A stretch of 64,000 bases of DNA from Patescibacteria group bacterium (GCA_041666845.1 JBAYGC010000006.1:6-64005), one strand, 5' to 3'. Shown: positions 50,961-61,377, numbered from the stretch's first letter. The notes: generated by a model not told the origin, from the sequence alone. Numbers and translations are program-made.

Positions 50961-53348
50961 TTATTGTGCTCGAATTTGAGCGTTAAATTTTTGTTCTAAT
51001 GATTTAATTATCTGATTATGAAATTTTTGCGCCTCCACCAGCGAAAGTGTCCGGTCATTCGCGCGGTAATCCAAATGAAGCGCCATACTTTTCTTGCCTT
51101 CACCGATCTGTTTGCCGATGTATACATCAAACAGCTCCACCCGGGTGAGTAATGCTCCGCCGGATTGCCAAACAACTTGCTCAATTTCTTTATATAATAC
51201 AGTCTGGTCAATAACAAACGCTACATCCAGCATTACGCTGGGATATTTTGGCAACACATTAAATATTTTTAGATTTGTCAGGTAGTCCAGAAACACCACC
51301 AGAAAATAAATCGGCCGGTCCAGATCAAAATTTTTCGCGACTGCAGATGATAGCTGTGACAGTGTCGCCAGCACTTTACCGTTATGGGTAAATTTTAATG
51401 ATTTCCGGGTGCTGTACGCATCCCAATATGGGCAATCACTTGCACCAGCTTTTTCCAACAGGTCACTCTCATATTGCACATTCTGTTCTTCAAAAAGTTG
51501 TTCCAAAACCCCCTTCAGTTCAAAAAATTCCCTGCCGTCTTCTGACCCTCCGGTGATTACTGCACTTAATAACGGCGCCTCGTGAGTTTTACCGCCCGCC
51601 TTTAGAGAATACACGTTGGACAGTTCAAACAATTTCAGATTTTCTGTTTGCTTCAGATTTTCGTGAATATTATTCAGAAGACCTGACAGCAGTTCGCTTC
51701 GCATATACTGCTGATTTGAGGCAAGCGGGTTGGCGATTTCAACATGATCTGCGGTTTTCAAACCCAGTTTCTTAATATTTTCACCGCTGGTAAAGGAATA
51801 ATTATAGGCTTCAGTAAATCCCCTTCCTTTAAAGTAGGTCTTTATCTGTCTGGTTCTAGATAGATATTTCGGCTCGACCGGCGGTTCTAAATTACCGTTT
51901 GGCACAGATTCGCCCAGTTTATTGTAGCCGTAAATTCTAGAAACCTCTTCAATAATATCTTCCGGTATTTTCAAATCAGGTCGGTATGTCGGCACCAATA
52001 CTTCCAGCGAATTTTTCCCTCGCTTGGAAACCTCAGCACCCAGTGAGTTCAATATAGAAATAATTTCTTTGACCGGAATTTTAATTCCAAGAATATTCTC
52101 AATCCGGTCGGTACTGACTGTAATTTTGGCAGGTTCAATCTGCCATTTACCGATATCAACTATTTGTTCCAATATAGCGTCCGGCAACATTTCTTTCAAC
52201 AGGAAATATGTATATGTTAAATTTGCCAATGTTTGATTGGGATCAACTGTCTTTTCGTAACGGCCGACCGCGTCTGTTCTGTGCCCCAGCTTGCGTGAAG
52301 TACGGCGGATTGTAATTGGATCAAAGGTTGCTGCCTGCAAAACAATTGTCGTAGTTTTATCGCCGATTTCGCTGTTCGCACCGCCCATGATTCCGGCCAG
52401 GTCGATTATCCTTTCCGCATCTTCAATAATCAGCATACCTGATTCAAGATTCCAATTTTTTCCGTCCAGTGTTGTCACTTTTTCACCGTTTTTTGCCGGA
52501 CGGACTGTCATTGTTTTCCCTTGAATTTTATCATAGTCAAAAGCGTGTAAAGGCTGACCGCGATCCAGCATAATGTAGTTTGTCAGATCCACAATATTAT
52601 TAATTGACCGTACACCGACTGATTCCAAACGTTTCTGCATCCATTCCGGGGAAGGTCCGATTTTGATTCCGCTAATCACCAGCGCTGAATAACGCGGGCA
52701 CAATTTTACATCCTCAACTGCCACATTAACAACCTGATTCTTTTTCGCTGTCTCTTTAATATCGTAAAATTCCTTTTTGAGTTTCAATCCCGTAATCGCT
52801 GCAATCTCCCGGGCAACACCAAAGTGCCCCATTAGATCCGGCCGGTTAGCCAGTACATCCAAATCAAGCACCACGTCATCCAATCCTAACTCCCTAACAA
52901 CATCCGTCCCAATTTTCGCCTTGTTGTCCAGAAACAATATTTCATGATCACCTTTTTTCGGCAAACCAAGTTCTTCCGCCGAGCAGATCATCCCGCAGGA
53001 TTCCACGCCTCGGATATTCGCTTTTTTCAGTTCCATACCGTTCGGCAGTTTCGCTCCCACCATCGCGAATGGAACTTTCCTACCAAGAGATTCCGGCTTG
53101 ATATTAACTCCCCCACAAACAACTTCAAATTTTTCTTTACCATTATTAACCGTTACCAGATTCAGTTTGTCGGCATTGGGATGTTTTTTGATACCTAAAA
53201 TTTCCGCGACCACCACTTTAGAAATATTACCGCCGGCTTTTTCAATTGTGTTCACTTCAACTGAACGGATCGTCAAATCATCTGCCAGTTTTTCTGGAGT
53301 TGTCTGGATCGCAACATATTCTTTTAACCAATTAAGTGAAACTTTCAT
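50961..53348 (-). CDS. pheT: Phenylalanyl-tRNA synthetase beta subunit
   Basis: 795 aa with the typical N-terminus MKVSLNWLKEYV, B3/4, B5 and FDX-ACB domains. Confidence 0.95.
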   Translation of the reverse strand: MKVSLNWLKEYVAIQTTPEKLADDLTIRSVEVNTIEKAGGNISKVVVAEILGIKKHPNADKLNLVTVNNGKEKFEVVCGGVNIKPESLGRKVPFAMVGAKLPNGMELKKANIRGVESCGMICSAEELGLPKKGDHEILFLDNKAKIGTDVVRELGLDDVVLDLDVLANRPDLMGHFGVAREIAAITGLKLKKEFYDIKETAKKNQVVNVAVEDVKLCPRYSALVISGIKIGPSPEWMQKRLESVGVRSINNIVDLTNYIMLDRGQPLHAFDYDKIQGKTMTVRPAKNGEKVTTLDGKNWNLESGMLIIEDAERIIDLAGIMGGANSEIGDKTTTIVLQAATFDPITIRRTSRKLGHRTDAVGRYEKTVDPNQTLANLTYTYFLLKEMLPDAILEQIVDIGKWQIEPAKITVSTDRIENILGIKIPVKEIISILNSLGAEVSKRGKNSLEVLVPTYRPDLKIPEDIIEEVSRIYGYNKLGESVPNGNLEPPVEPKYLSRTRQIKTYFKGRGFTEAYNYSFTSGENIKKLGLKTADHVEIANPLASNQQYMRSELLSGLLNNIHENLKQTENLKLFELSNVYSLKAGGKTHEAPLLSAVITGGSEDGREFFELKGVLEQLFEEQNVQYESDLLEKAGASDCPYWDAYSTRKSLKFTHNGKVLATLSQLSSAVAKNFDLDRPIYFLVVFLDYLTNLKIFNVLPKYPSVMLDVAFVIDQTVLYKEIEQVVWQSGGALLTRVELFDVYIGKQIGEGKKSMALHLDYRANDRTLSLVEAQKFHNQIIKSLEQKFNAQIRAQ

Positions 53349-53359
53349 TTTTTTGTGAT

Positions 53360-53413
53360 GTCACTTCGAGCGAAGCCGAGAAGTCTAGATTTCTCCACTA
53401 CGGTCGAAATGAC
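53360..53413. repeat. Family-A element, minimal copy (gtcacttcgagcg...ggtcgaaatgac hairpin) between pheT and pheS
   Basis: Arms 53360-53369 and 53404-53413, with the aagtctagatttctc core shared with 37340-37356. Confidence 0.6.
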
Positions 53414-53420
53414 CTGCTTG

Positions 53421-54461
53421 TTAAAATTGTTTTAAAAATCTTATATCGTTCTCAAACAAAGCGCGGATGTCAGCTATCTTATGTTTAATCATCAAGGGTC
53501 TTTCAATGCCGAATCCGAACGCGAAACCCTGATATTTTTTCGGATCGTAATTGGCAGCTTTCAAAACATTCGGGTGGATCATGCCGCAGCCGCCCATTTC
53601 GAGCCAGCCGGTATTTTTACAGGTCGGACATCCCTTGCCGTCACAAATCGTGCAGGAAATATCAAACTCCGCTCCCGGTTCCACAAACGGAAAATACGAA
53701 ATACGAAAACGAACCTTAATATCTTTTTCCAAAATCTCCCTCATAGCATAATGCAGTGTCCCTTTCAGGTCGGAAAATGTAATGTCGGTATCAACAGCGA
53801 CGCCGTCGAATTGGTGGAACATCGGTGTGTGGGAAATATCTTCATCACGGCGGTAGCATTTGCCGGTGGCGATCACCCGCAACGGTGGTTTTCTTTTTTC
53901 CATTGTTCTGACCTGCGATGCGGAGGAGGTATGCGTTCTCAGCAGTAATTCGCCGTATTTACCGACCGATGCATTTTTTTCCTTTTTAATATAAAAAGTG
54001 TCCTGCATATCACGCGCCGGATGGTCTGCTGGCACATTCAAAGCCTGGAAGTTGTAATAATCATTTTCAATTTCCGGCCCGTCCACAATATCAAAATTCA
54101 TGGAGCGGAATACATCCCATATTTTTTCCAGCATCTGAGTGATCGGATGGAGATGACCTTCTTGTGTCCTGACACCCGGCAGCGTGGGGTCGAAAAAGTC
54201 AGCATCTTCTTCTATCTTACCGGAGAATTTTGATTCCGCTGTTTTCAACGCGCCGGCCAGCTCATTTTTAATTTCATTGGCCAGTTTTCCAATTACCGGT
54301 TTCATTTCGTCAGAGATATCCTTGATTTCTCTCAATACTTTTGTAATCTTACCTTTTCTGCCTAAATATTCGATTTCCAGATTTTTCAATTCTTCAGAAT
54401 CGTTAACTTTCTGGATTTCTTCCAGCGCTTTTTGTTTCAGTTGTTCTAAGGTTTTTTTCAT
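53421..54461 (-). CDS. pheS: Phenylalanyl-tRNA synthetase alpha subunit
   Basis: Class II core motifs in the C-terminal half and a coiled-coil N-terminus. Confidence 0.95.
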   Translation of the reverse strand: MKKTLEQLKQKALEEIQKVNDSEELKNLEIEYLGRKGKITKVLREIKDISDEMKPVIGKLANEIKNELAGALKTAESKFSGKIEEDADFFDPTLPGVRTQEGHLHPITQMLEKIWDVFRSMNFDIVDGPEIENDYYNFQALNVPADHPARDMQDTFYIKKEKNASVGKYGELLLRTHTSSASQVRTMEKRKPPLRVIATGKCYRRDEDISHTPMFHQFDGVAVDTDITFSDLKGTLHYAMREILEKDIKVRFRISYFPFVEPGAEFDISCTICDGKGCPTCKNTGWLEMGGCGMIHPNVLKAANYDPKKYQGFAFGFGIERPLMIKHKIADIRALFENDIRFLKQF

Positions 54462-54467
54462 AGAATA

Positions 54468-54875
54468 TTATTCTTGATGCTGTTCATGTTGTTGTACACC
54501 TGGATTTTCCCTGCCCAGAAAAAAGAATTCCAGCAGTCCCAAACCCAAGATAAGCAGAATAGCGTTCCACCAAGTAAAAAGGTTGTTGGCTTGCAGCATT
54601 AAAGAAACCATGATCAGGGAAGAGAATAAGACCGACTGGCGCAATGAAACCCCGATATGCCTGAATAATACTGACCTTTTTACAAATATGGCACGCACAA
54701 AGAAGCCAAATAAGGCAAATGTACCCATAAGCGCCAAAAATAGCATAACATAAAAGGAAAAAAGGCCGACAAAACCGGAACTGAACGGGTCGATATTCAG
54801 AATCACCAACACAAAAGCCCCCCACGAAATGAGGGTCCCGAATCCCATAATTAACAGGTATCTTCTTAACGGCAT
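54468..54875 (-). CDS. Small integral membrane protein
   Basis: 135 aa with 4 TM helices. Confidence 0.45.
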   Translation of the reverse strand: MPLRRYLLIMGFGTLISWGAFVLVILNIDPFSSGFVGLFSFYVMLFLALMGTFALFGFFVRAIFVKRSVLFRHIGVSLRQSVLFSSLIMVSLMLQANNLFTWWNAILLILGLGLLEFFFLGRENPGVQQHEQHQE

Positions 54876-55065
54876 ATAACACTAAAGAATCTTATCTCAA
54901 CGTAGTTTTTTGAAGAGATTTCCACCTAGATTGTAACAGATTTTAACAGTTTCCGCAAACGATTTTTGGGGACAAAAAACGCCATTTTTCCAAAGAAAAA
55001 AGGCTCCGAACATTCGTGGGATGTGAATGGGAACCTTTCGTGAACGATGTTTGTACAAAGAGCAA

Positions 55066-55551
55066 CTACTTGTCGCCGGCGGGGAGTGTGGCGAGGAGGT
55101 CGCGGGGCTCAGGGTCCGGGCGCAAATGCTGCGGGCGAAGCTGCAGAACACGAGTCCTGCTTCCTTCGCTGACCACGGTAGTTACCGTGGCAGTCGCCGG
55201 CCGAGTTGAGTCCGCAGGGTAGATCTCCACCAACTGTTTGGCCACCACGAGCATGGCTTTGCCGCAGTAGCTCGACAGGTTGTCGGAGCTGATCATGACA
55301 ATGTACGCAGCATTCGCGTACTTGTTCTTGAGGAGGTTGACCGTCACGAAGGATTCCAACCGGTACTCCTCGCCCTCGACGAGGTCGGACAGCGTGACCA
55401 CCGGGATGCTGAACGCACGCAGATTCTTGATCTGCTGGCGGTAGACGAGACTGCTCCCGATCCCGAGGAGGATCGCGAAGAAGGCGAGGACAGCCCAGAA
55501 ACGGGTGGCGGTGTACCAGTGGTACCGCTTGGCGAGCTGCAAGCTAGGCAT
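55066..55551 (-). CDS. GC-rich island gene: membrane-anchored protein with a Pro/Thr/Ala-rich tail
   Basis: 161 aa. One N-terminal TM helix, a roughly 70-aa folded region, and a low-complexity PT-rich C-terminus typical of high-GC donors. Confidence 0.5.
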   Translation of the reverse strand: MPSLQLAKRYHWYTATRFWAVLAFFAILLGIGSSLVYRQQIKNLRAFSIPVVTLSDLVEGEEYRLESFVTVNLLKNKYANAAYIVMISSDNLSSYCGKAMLVVAKQLVEIYPADSTRPATATVTTVVSEGSRTRVLQLRPQHLRPDPEPRDLLATLPAGDK

Positions 55552-55665
55552 GATCTACACCTTTCACTTCCGTGTGTGGAAACACCCTCACGCGTAAGGG
55601 CATTTCAGAGAAGAACCTGATCCACGCGTGACCGAGCATGTTATCATACTTTGGCCAATTTGTCA

Positions 55666-55695
55666 ACCCTGTTAGAGAGTTTTCTCTAACAGGGT
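55666..55695. promoter_or_regulatory. Perfect 12-bp inverted repeat ACCCTGTTAGAG-N6-CTCTAACAGGGT abutting the TTGACA of the island-gene promoter (operator-like)
   Basis: Arms 55666-55677 and 55684-55695. On the minus strand the palindrome is immediately followed by TTGACA. Confidence 0.45.
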
Positions 55696-55736
55696 CAATC
55701 CCGCATACGATTAACCTTCAAGGGGGAAAAATCACA

Positions 55737-55758
55737 GGCGAGGATGCGCATCCTCGCC
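55737..55758 (-). terminator. Hairpin terminator after the vWA gene
   Basis: ggcgaggatgc-gcatcctcgcc perfect palindrome. Confidence 0.5.
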
Positions 55759-55785
55759 TGTAAGATTACTCAAATAAATATTAAA

Positions 55786-56826
55786 TTATTCCTCTATCCA
55801 GCCGTTTTGGTTGATATTATAGGAAAGAATAGTATTGGCAATTTGATTATAAATACCCTCCAGATCGGAGGCGGACGGTGCGTAGAAATACATGGTCGGA
55901 TCGGTGGCGATATCGTCTCTTAAAAAGTTTTCATTAACACCACTACCCAGACCGATCACGAAAATCAGTACACCGGCGTTGTCCGCTTCATCCGCTTTTG
56001 TTCTGGCATACAGCTCGGCAGTGCTTATTGGTGACGGCACATTCGCCACACCGTCGGTTAACAGAATCTCCACCTTAACATCCCCTACCGGCGCATTTGT
56101 TTGGATACTAGTTGTAGCCAATCTGATCGCGTCGCCGATATTGGTACTGCCGGTCGGCGTAGGAATTATATTAATCGCTGTTTGCGCGGCAGTAAAATCA
56201 TTTGATGCAGTGAAATTTAGTTGCGCGGATTGGTTGTATGATACAATCCCGATTTTATCATAAACTGGATCCATTTCATTGATAAAAGACTTAGCCGCTT
56301 CTTTAGCAAAGATCATTGGCCTCGGCCCCCATGCTCCGCTGTTGTTCTCGCAATCAATTTGATTGAGATAGGCGGGAATTGTGCATCCGGTGCCGTCATA
56401 CCCCATACTGCCGGAACGATCTATGATGTGATAAATTGTAGTGTCATTTCTCGTGGCAGAGGCACCAGCATCGGCGTAGTAACTGGCAACAGTACGCACA
56501 CTATTGGAAAATGTTCCGGTTCCGACCAGTTTGCCGGAAGCCACGCCGGCATTATGCTGTGCCATAACTTCACATTCTACACCATCAACACTAATTGTTG
56601 TCCCAACATAATTCTCATCGGTGCGCAACTGCAGATATCCTTCTTCAATGCAGGTTTGTGCAGAATAAAAGGCTTTTTCCGTGGCGATTTCATTTCGAGC
56701 AATAATCTTTTCCCTGGTTGCGGTAACATTATTGGAAAAGACAAAAAGAAACATAATAATCATTGTAAAAAAGACCATTAATATAGTGATACTGCCTTCC
56801 TGATTTTTTATGCTGGTGTTTTTCAT
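55786..56826 (-). CDS. von Willebrand factor A domain protein, pilus-associated (TadG/PilY1-like)
   Basis: N-terminal TM/pilin-like helix and a MIDAS motif (IIDRSGSM ... TDG). Last gene of the type IV pilus operon. Confidence 0.7.
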   Translation of the reverse strand: MKNTSIKNQEGSITILMVFFTMIIMFLFVFSNNVTATREKIIARNEIATEKAFYSAQTCIEEGYLQLRTDENYVGTTISVDGVECEVMAQHNAGVASGKLVGTGTFSNSVRTVASYYADAGASATRNDTTIYHIIDRSGSMGYDGTGCTIPAYLNQIDCENNSGAWGPRPMIFAKEAAKSFINEMDPVYDKIGIVSYNQSAQLNFTASNDFTAAQTAINIIPTPTGSTNIGDAIRLATTSIQTNAPVGDVKVEILLTDGVANVPSPISTAELYARTKADEADNAGVLIFVIGLGSGVNENFLRDDIATDPTMYFYAPSASDLEGIYNQIANTILSYNINQNGWIEE

Positions 56827-56827
56827 T

Positions 56828-57340
56828 TTACTGCTGTCTGAAAGATATCGTCGAACTGACTGACGACTCCCCTGTTCCTTTTTCTACATTTACATTAATT
56901 CTTAGCGAGGAGGAAATTTTTTTGAACGAAACCACAGTTACATCAACATCTTCATCCGTTAAGAGTTTCATACTGGAATGATCCGGAATGGAATTAATAT
57001 TCTGGCCATAATACATTTTACCGCCGTCCAGTTCATAAACTGTAATCAGATTATCCGGATTAGCCGGGTCAACATAATAATAGGAATAAATTATTGCTCT
57101 GGTACCGCCCGCTTCAATTGTGACATCATAAGCATTCCGCAATGAATAAGTCATTTTTTCGATCACCTGTCTGGCGTTATGCTGAGCCATTTGCTGGTTG
57201 TTAGTCATTACTCTCTGTTCCGTACTTTGAGCCAGAAACATTGTTAGTGAAAGAGTAACAACACTGGAGATACCCAAATACACCATTAGCTCCATTAGAG
57301 TCGTTCCGAGCTGATTTATTTTGACCTGTTCTGATTTCAT
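56828..57340 (-). CDS. Type IV pseudopilin (minor pilin)
   Basis: Prepilin leader ...NQLG/TTLMELMV, with Glu at +5. Confidence 0.7.
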   Translation of the reverse strand: MKSEQVKINQLGTTLMELMVYLGISSVVTLSLTMFLAQSTEQRVMTNNQQMAQHNARQVIEKMTYSLRNAYDVTIEAGGTRAIIYSYYYVDPANPDNLITVYELDGGKMYYGQNINSIPDHSSMKLLTDEDVDVTVVSFKKISSSLRINVNVEKGTGESSVSSTISFRQQ

Positions 57341-57828
57341 TGTCCTAACCAGTTAGTAATATAGCTGGCAAATGAGATATCCCTCATATTACCGCGTTCC
57401 TGCCAGGAAACTTTGACATCCAGGCGTCTGGCTTGATTATCTTCAGTACCAGATTCACTCAAATTTCCGGAAACATCCCGATAAGCTTTACCAATATGAA
57501 CAGTACGATAATACTTGCCGTTCAGTTCCTGTTCCGGATGCACAGGATCGCTTGGCGCGACTATTTGAAATACACTGCCATTTTCTTCAATCTGGTAATA
57601 ACCTTCAGCTAAACCACCGATGGTATTCCAATCTGTCTGCTTGATGGCAAAAAGCTGTTCCATTGATTCTTTGGCATAAGCGGTCGCTTCCACTTCCTGC
57701 TTTGCCGCAATCACCAGCTGATGATTTGATCCAATCAGATTGCCGATTGCTAACGAAAAAACCGCTGCTAGGCTGATGCTTAACAGTACTTCAATCAGCA
57801 AACTTCCTTTCTGGTTTTTCCAGTTCAT
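57337..57828 (-). CDS. Type IV pseudopilin (minor pilin)
   Basis: Leader MNWKNQKG/SLLIEVLLSISL. Confidence 0.7.
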   Translation of the reverse strand: MNWKNQKGSLLIEVLLSISLAAVFSLAIGNLIGSNHQLVIAAKQEVEATAYAKESMEQLFAIKQTDWNTIGGLAEGYYQIEENGSVFQIVAPSDPVHPEQELNGKYYRTVHIGKAYRDVSGNLSESGTEDNQARRLDVKVSWQERGNMRDISFASYITNWLGQ

Positions 57829-58265
57829 AAAGATGTGATTTTAACCGTGCCGGGGATTCGCACTTCAATGCGATAGTTATTTGCCCCTTCATATAAAGTA
57901 TATAAATCCAAATCCTGTTCTGGGATGCCGGTAAGTTTTTCGAAGACTATATCGTCGGTGGCGGAACAAGTAAATCTAATCGGCAAAGTATAAGTTTCCA
58001 ATATCACATCCGGATTGATTGATAGCAAATCAATGGTGCCACCATTACAGCGAACCGCCCACGCTTTACCGGATTCCGCGGTTTCCGATCTGCTTTGAGC
58101 TTCACGAATAATTTGAGCGACTTTCTCTGACTCAGTATAACTCTGGGTTCCTGTTTTTCCTTTGGCCATTGATATAGCCGCAACACCGGCAATCAGGCTT
58201 ATTGCCGTGATCACAATCAAAACTTCAATTATGGTAAAACCGGGTTGTTTATTTAACTTGTTCAT
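57825..58265 (-). CDS. Type IV pilin (major pilin candidate)
   Basis: MNKLNKQPG/FTIIEVLIVITAISLIAG, the classic class-III signal. Start set at the Met that overlaps the pilC stop (ATGA). Confidence 0.8.
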   Translation of the reverse strand: MNKLNKQPGFTIIEVLIVITAISLIAGVAAISMAKGKTGTQSYTESEKVAQIIREAQSRSETAESGKAWAVRCNGGTIDLLSINPDVILETYTLPIRFTCSATDDIVFEKLTGIPEQDLDLYTLYEGANNYRIEVRIPGTVKITSL

Positions 58266-59470
58266 AATACGTTTGCAAAATTCCATAATGGATACATGAC
58301 TGCCAAAGCCAGGCCACCGACTAGTACACCGGTAATCAAAAGTAATATTGGTTCAATTAGCGTTGACAAATTATCACTCCAATTCTGAATGTCATCATCA
58401 TAATATTTTGCCGAATGATGCAGCATGTCATCTAAATATCCGCTTTTTTCACCGGTGGAAACCATTTTCTGAAAAAGTGGCAGGAAAATTTCCGGATTAC
58501 CTTTAAAGATATCAGAAAGTGTTACTCCGCGTCTCACGAATACTTCACCGGACCGGATCGCGTCCCGATAAACAACATTACTTGCCGCATTACTGGCCAA
58601 AATAAGACTTTGGTCAATTGAAACACCGGACTTGGTCAGCATGTGCAGAGATCTGGAAATCATGGCTAAGTTCAATTTCTTGACAACCATCCCAATCATC
58701 GGTAGACGAAGTATCATGCGGTGAATAATTTTTTTAAATTTTTCGGAATACCTGATGCTGAGCCGGAAAGCTAGTACGATTAAAGCAATTCCGATTCCAA
58801 GATACAGACCGTAATTAACCATAAAATTGCTTATGGCGATTAGAACACGGGTGAACACGGGCAACTGAGCGGACACATCGTCATAAATTGCCGCTATTCT
58901 CGGGATGACCACGACCATCATTACGGCCACAATTACAATCATTGTCACAAAAATCAGAGTCGGGTAAACCAAAGCGTTTCTGATTTTTCTGATCAGTTTA
59001 TAATCGCTTTCCTGTTGATTGGTTAAAAATTCCAGCACCTCAATCAGTTTTCCTCCGTGTTCACCAATCCTAATCATTGCTATCGATACCGGCGAAAATA
59101 CATTTTTATGTTTCTCTAATGCAGACGAAAGTGTTCGCCCCGAAACTACGGCCTTTTCCAAATCCGCAATGATAATCTTCATATTAGGATTTGCATTTTG
59201 CTCCCGGGATGACGCTAAAGCGTCCGGCAGATTCAGCCCCGCTTTCATCATAGTCATCAGACTGCGCATGAAAACAATCCGGTCGATTCTGGAAATATAC
59301 CGGAACATACTCTGCCAGAGGGCATTTCGATTTTTAATTTTAGTCAAAGTGACCACCGAATTTCCTTCACTGGACAGCTGTTTGGCAACTTTCTTTTTTG
59401 TCCAACCCTTGGCCAATCCGCGGTGTATAGTATTTTCAACGTCAATTAATGTATATTCAAAATTGATCAT
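58262..59470 (-). CDS. pilC: Type IV pilus inner-membrane platform protein PilC (GspF family)
   Basis: Two GspF repeats and 3 TM segments. 402 aa. Confidence 0.9.
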   Translation of the reverse strand: MINFEYTLIDVENTIHRGLAKGWTKKKVAKQLSSEGNSVVTLTKIKNRNALWQSMFRYISRIDRIVFMRSLMTMMKAGLNLPDALASSREQNANPNMKIIIADLEKAVVSGRTLSSALEKHKNVFSPVSIAMIRIGEHGGKLIEVLEFLTNQQESDYKLIRKIRNALVYPTLIFVTMIVIVAVMMVVVIPRIAAIYDDVSAQLPVFTRVLIAISNFMVNYGLYLGIGIALIVLAFRLSIRYSEKFKKIIHRMILRLPMIGMVVKKLNLAMISRSLHMLTKSGVSIDQSLILASNAASNVVYRDAIRSGEVFVRRGVTLSDIFKGNPEIFLPLFQKMVSTGEKSGYLDDMLHHSAKYYDDDIQNWSDNLSTLIEPILLLITGVLVGGLALAVMYPLWNFANVL

Positions 59471-59478
59471 GTTCGTGG

Positions 59479-61152
59479 TTATTTAGTTACCCTGATTACC
59501 TCTTCCAAGGTTGTTTGTTTATTAAGTACTTTAATTATTCCGTCTTCATACATTGTCCTCATATTCTTGGCTTGCGCTGATTTTTCTATTGCCGAAGTAT
59601 GCGCCCGGTTGATAATTAAATCATGAATGTCTTCATCCATTTTCAATACTTCAAAGATTCCGGTTCTTCCGGAATAACCGGTATTGAGACACTCCGGACA
59701 ACCTTTGCCTTTCGCAACAATTGACTGTTCTGTATTAGAATTAGAGTATTTTTGTATTGATTCATTAGAAATTGAATCGAGGGCATATTCCGTTTTACAG
59801 GAATCGCAAATATTCCGTACTAACCGCTGGCCAATAATTGCTTTCAGGGTGGATGCGATCAAATACGGCTCCACTCCCATATCCAGCAGTCTCGGAATTG
59901 CGGCGGCGGCGCTGTTAGTATGTAAAGAAGTTAAAACTAAATGACCGGTCATTGCCGCGTTAATTGCGATGGTTGCTGTTTCTTTATCCCGAATTTCTCC
60001 GATCATAATAATATCCGGATCCTGACGCAATATTGAACGTAAGCCATTGGCAAAATTTAAGTCCACATGCGGATTTACCTGTATCTGATTCGCACCGGTC
60101 AAATGGTATTCGATCGGATCTTCGATTGTGGAAATATTCACTTGTTGGTTATTAATCTCTTTCACAAGAGAATATAAAGTCGTTGTCTTACCTGAACCGG
60201 TCGGTCCGGTAATTAAAATCATTCCGTTGGAAAATCCCAGTATTTTTTTCAAATCTTCACGGTTGTTTTTTTCCAAACCCAAAGTATCCAGTGAAAGTTT
60301 TTCATTATCCGTATCCAGAAATCTTAATGAAGCTTTTTGGCCGTGCAATGTCGGAATAATAGATAAACGCACCGCAACTTTATATCCCGATTCATTAAAA
60401 CTAAACCGGCCGTCCTGCGGACGCATGTGCTCGTCAATACGAATTTGAGACAGTATTTTAGTACGCGCGATTACCGGTGCCAGCAGTTCTTTCGGCAAAG
60501 TAAAAAATTCGTGAAGCATTCCGTCCATCCGAAAACGAACTGAAACTGAATCCTCACGGGGTTCAATATGCATATCGCTTGCCTCACTTTTTATGCCGAA
60601 AATTATCATTTGGTTCAGCAGTGAAATGATCGGCGCTTCCTGTCCCATTGTTTCCGGAGTGTTGTTAATCCGGCAAGCTCTGACAATCAGTTCATCAATT
60701 GCTTTTTTGCTGGATTCCGCGGAATTATTGAAAGTTTCCTCCAAATATTGTTTGATATCCCTCTGATTGGCCAGATACACCGCTACATCCTTATTCAGTG
60801 ATCTTTTTACATAGGCAATCAGTTCCGTATTTTCCGGTCTGGCCATTGCCACATAAACATATGCTTCGTCTTCCTGAAAAGGCAATACTAAATGTTCAAG
60901 ACAAATAGAAGACGGGAGTTTTTTGACTACATCTGAATATATTTTTACCTGGTTCAGATCAACCACCTGTAGTGAATGTGAGTCCTGCAGTAATGAAATC
61001 AGCTTGGATGATGGAACTATCCCCTGTTCAATACAAAAATCCAAAACATTGCCCATCTGGAGTTTTTCGTACTCTTTGAGCTTATTGGATGTTTCTTTGG
61101 ATAAGATACCCTCTTTTCTTAGGGCATCAGTTACTTGTTTGGTTGCAATCAT
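59479..61152 (-). CDS. pilB: Type IV pilus assembly ATPase PilB (GspE family)
   Basis: Walker A GPTGSGKTT, Asp/His boxes and a C-terminal tetracysteine motif (CDSC...CPEC). Confidence 0.9.
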   Translation of the reverse strand: MIATKQVTDALRKEGILSKETSNKLKEYEKLQMGNVLDFCIEQGIVPSSKLISLLQDSHSLQVVDLNQVKIYSDVVKKLPSSICLEHLVLPFQEDEAYVYVAMARPENTELIAYVKRSLNKDVAVYLANQRDIKQYLEETFNNSAESSKKAIDELIVRACRINNTPETMGQEAPIISLLNQMIIFGIKSEASDMHIEPREDSVSVRFRMDGMLHEFFTLPKELLAPVIARTKILSQIRIDEHMRPQDGRFSFNESGYKVAVRLSIIPTLHGQKASLRFLDTDNEKLSLDTLGLEKNNREDLKKILGFSNGMILITGPTGSGKTTTLYSLVKEINNQQVNISTIEDPIEYHLTGANQIQVNPHVDLNFANGLRSILRQDPDIIMIGEIRDKETATIAINAAMTGHLVLTSLHTNSAAAAIPRLLDMGVEPYLIASTLKAIIGQRLVRNICDSCKTEYALDSISNESIQKYSNSNTEQSIVAKGKGCPECLNTGYSGRTGIFEVLKMDEDIHDLIINRAHTSAIEKSAQAKNMRTMYEDGIIKVLNKQTTLEEVIRVTK

Positions 61153-61256
61153 CTTTTTGCCAGATAGAATTTGCTAAGGTAAGCACATTTTTTTACCATC
61201 AAATGCTTTACTTTATTATTACTACTAAAACATGCCATCTTATACCGAATTCGATA

Positions 61257-61268
61257 TTATGTCAACCC
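61257..61268. repeat. 12-bp direct repeat TTATGTCAACCC (left copy), which is the pilB promoter -35 region on the minus strand
   Basis: Identical 12-mer at 61902-61913. The two copies bracket a roughly 630-bp GC-rich insert. Confidence 0.7.
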
Positions 61269-61377
61269 CTAAACGATGATCCTTTATTCTAAAGAAAAAA
61301 TAGGCAAATATTATAATAAAAAATCCCGCAGATACCAAGGGGTATTACGGGCGGCCGGTTACGGCCAAAAGAGCTGT

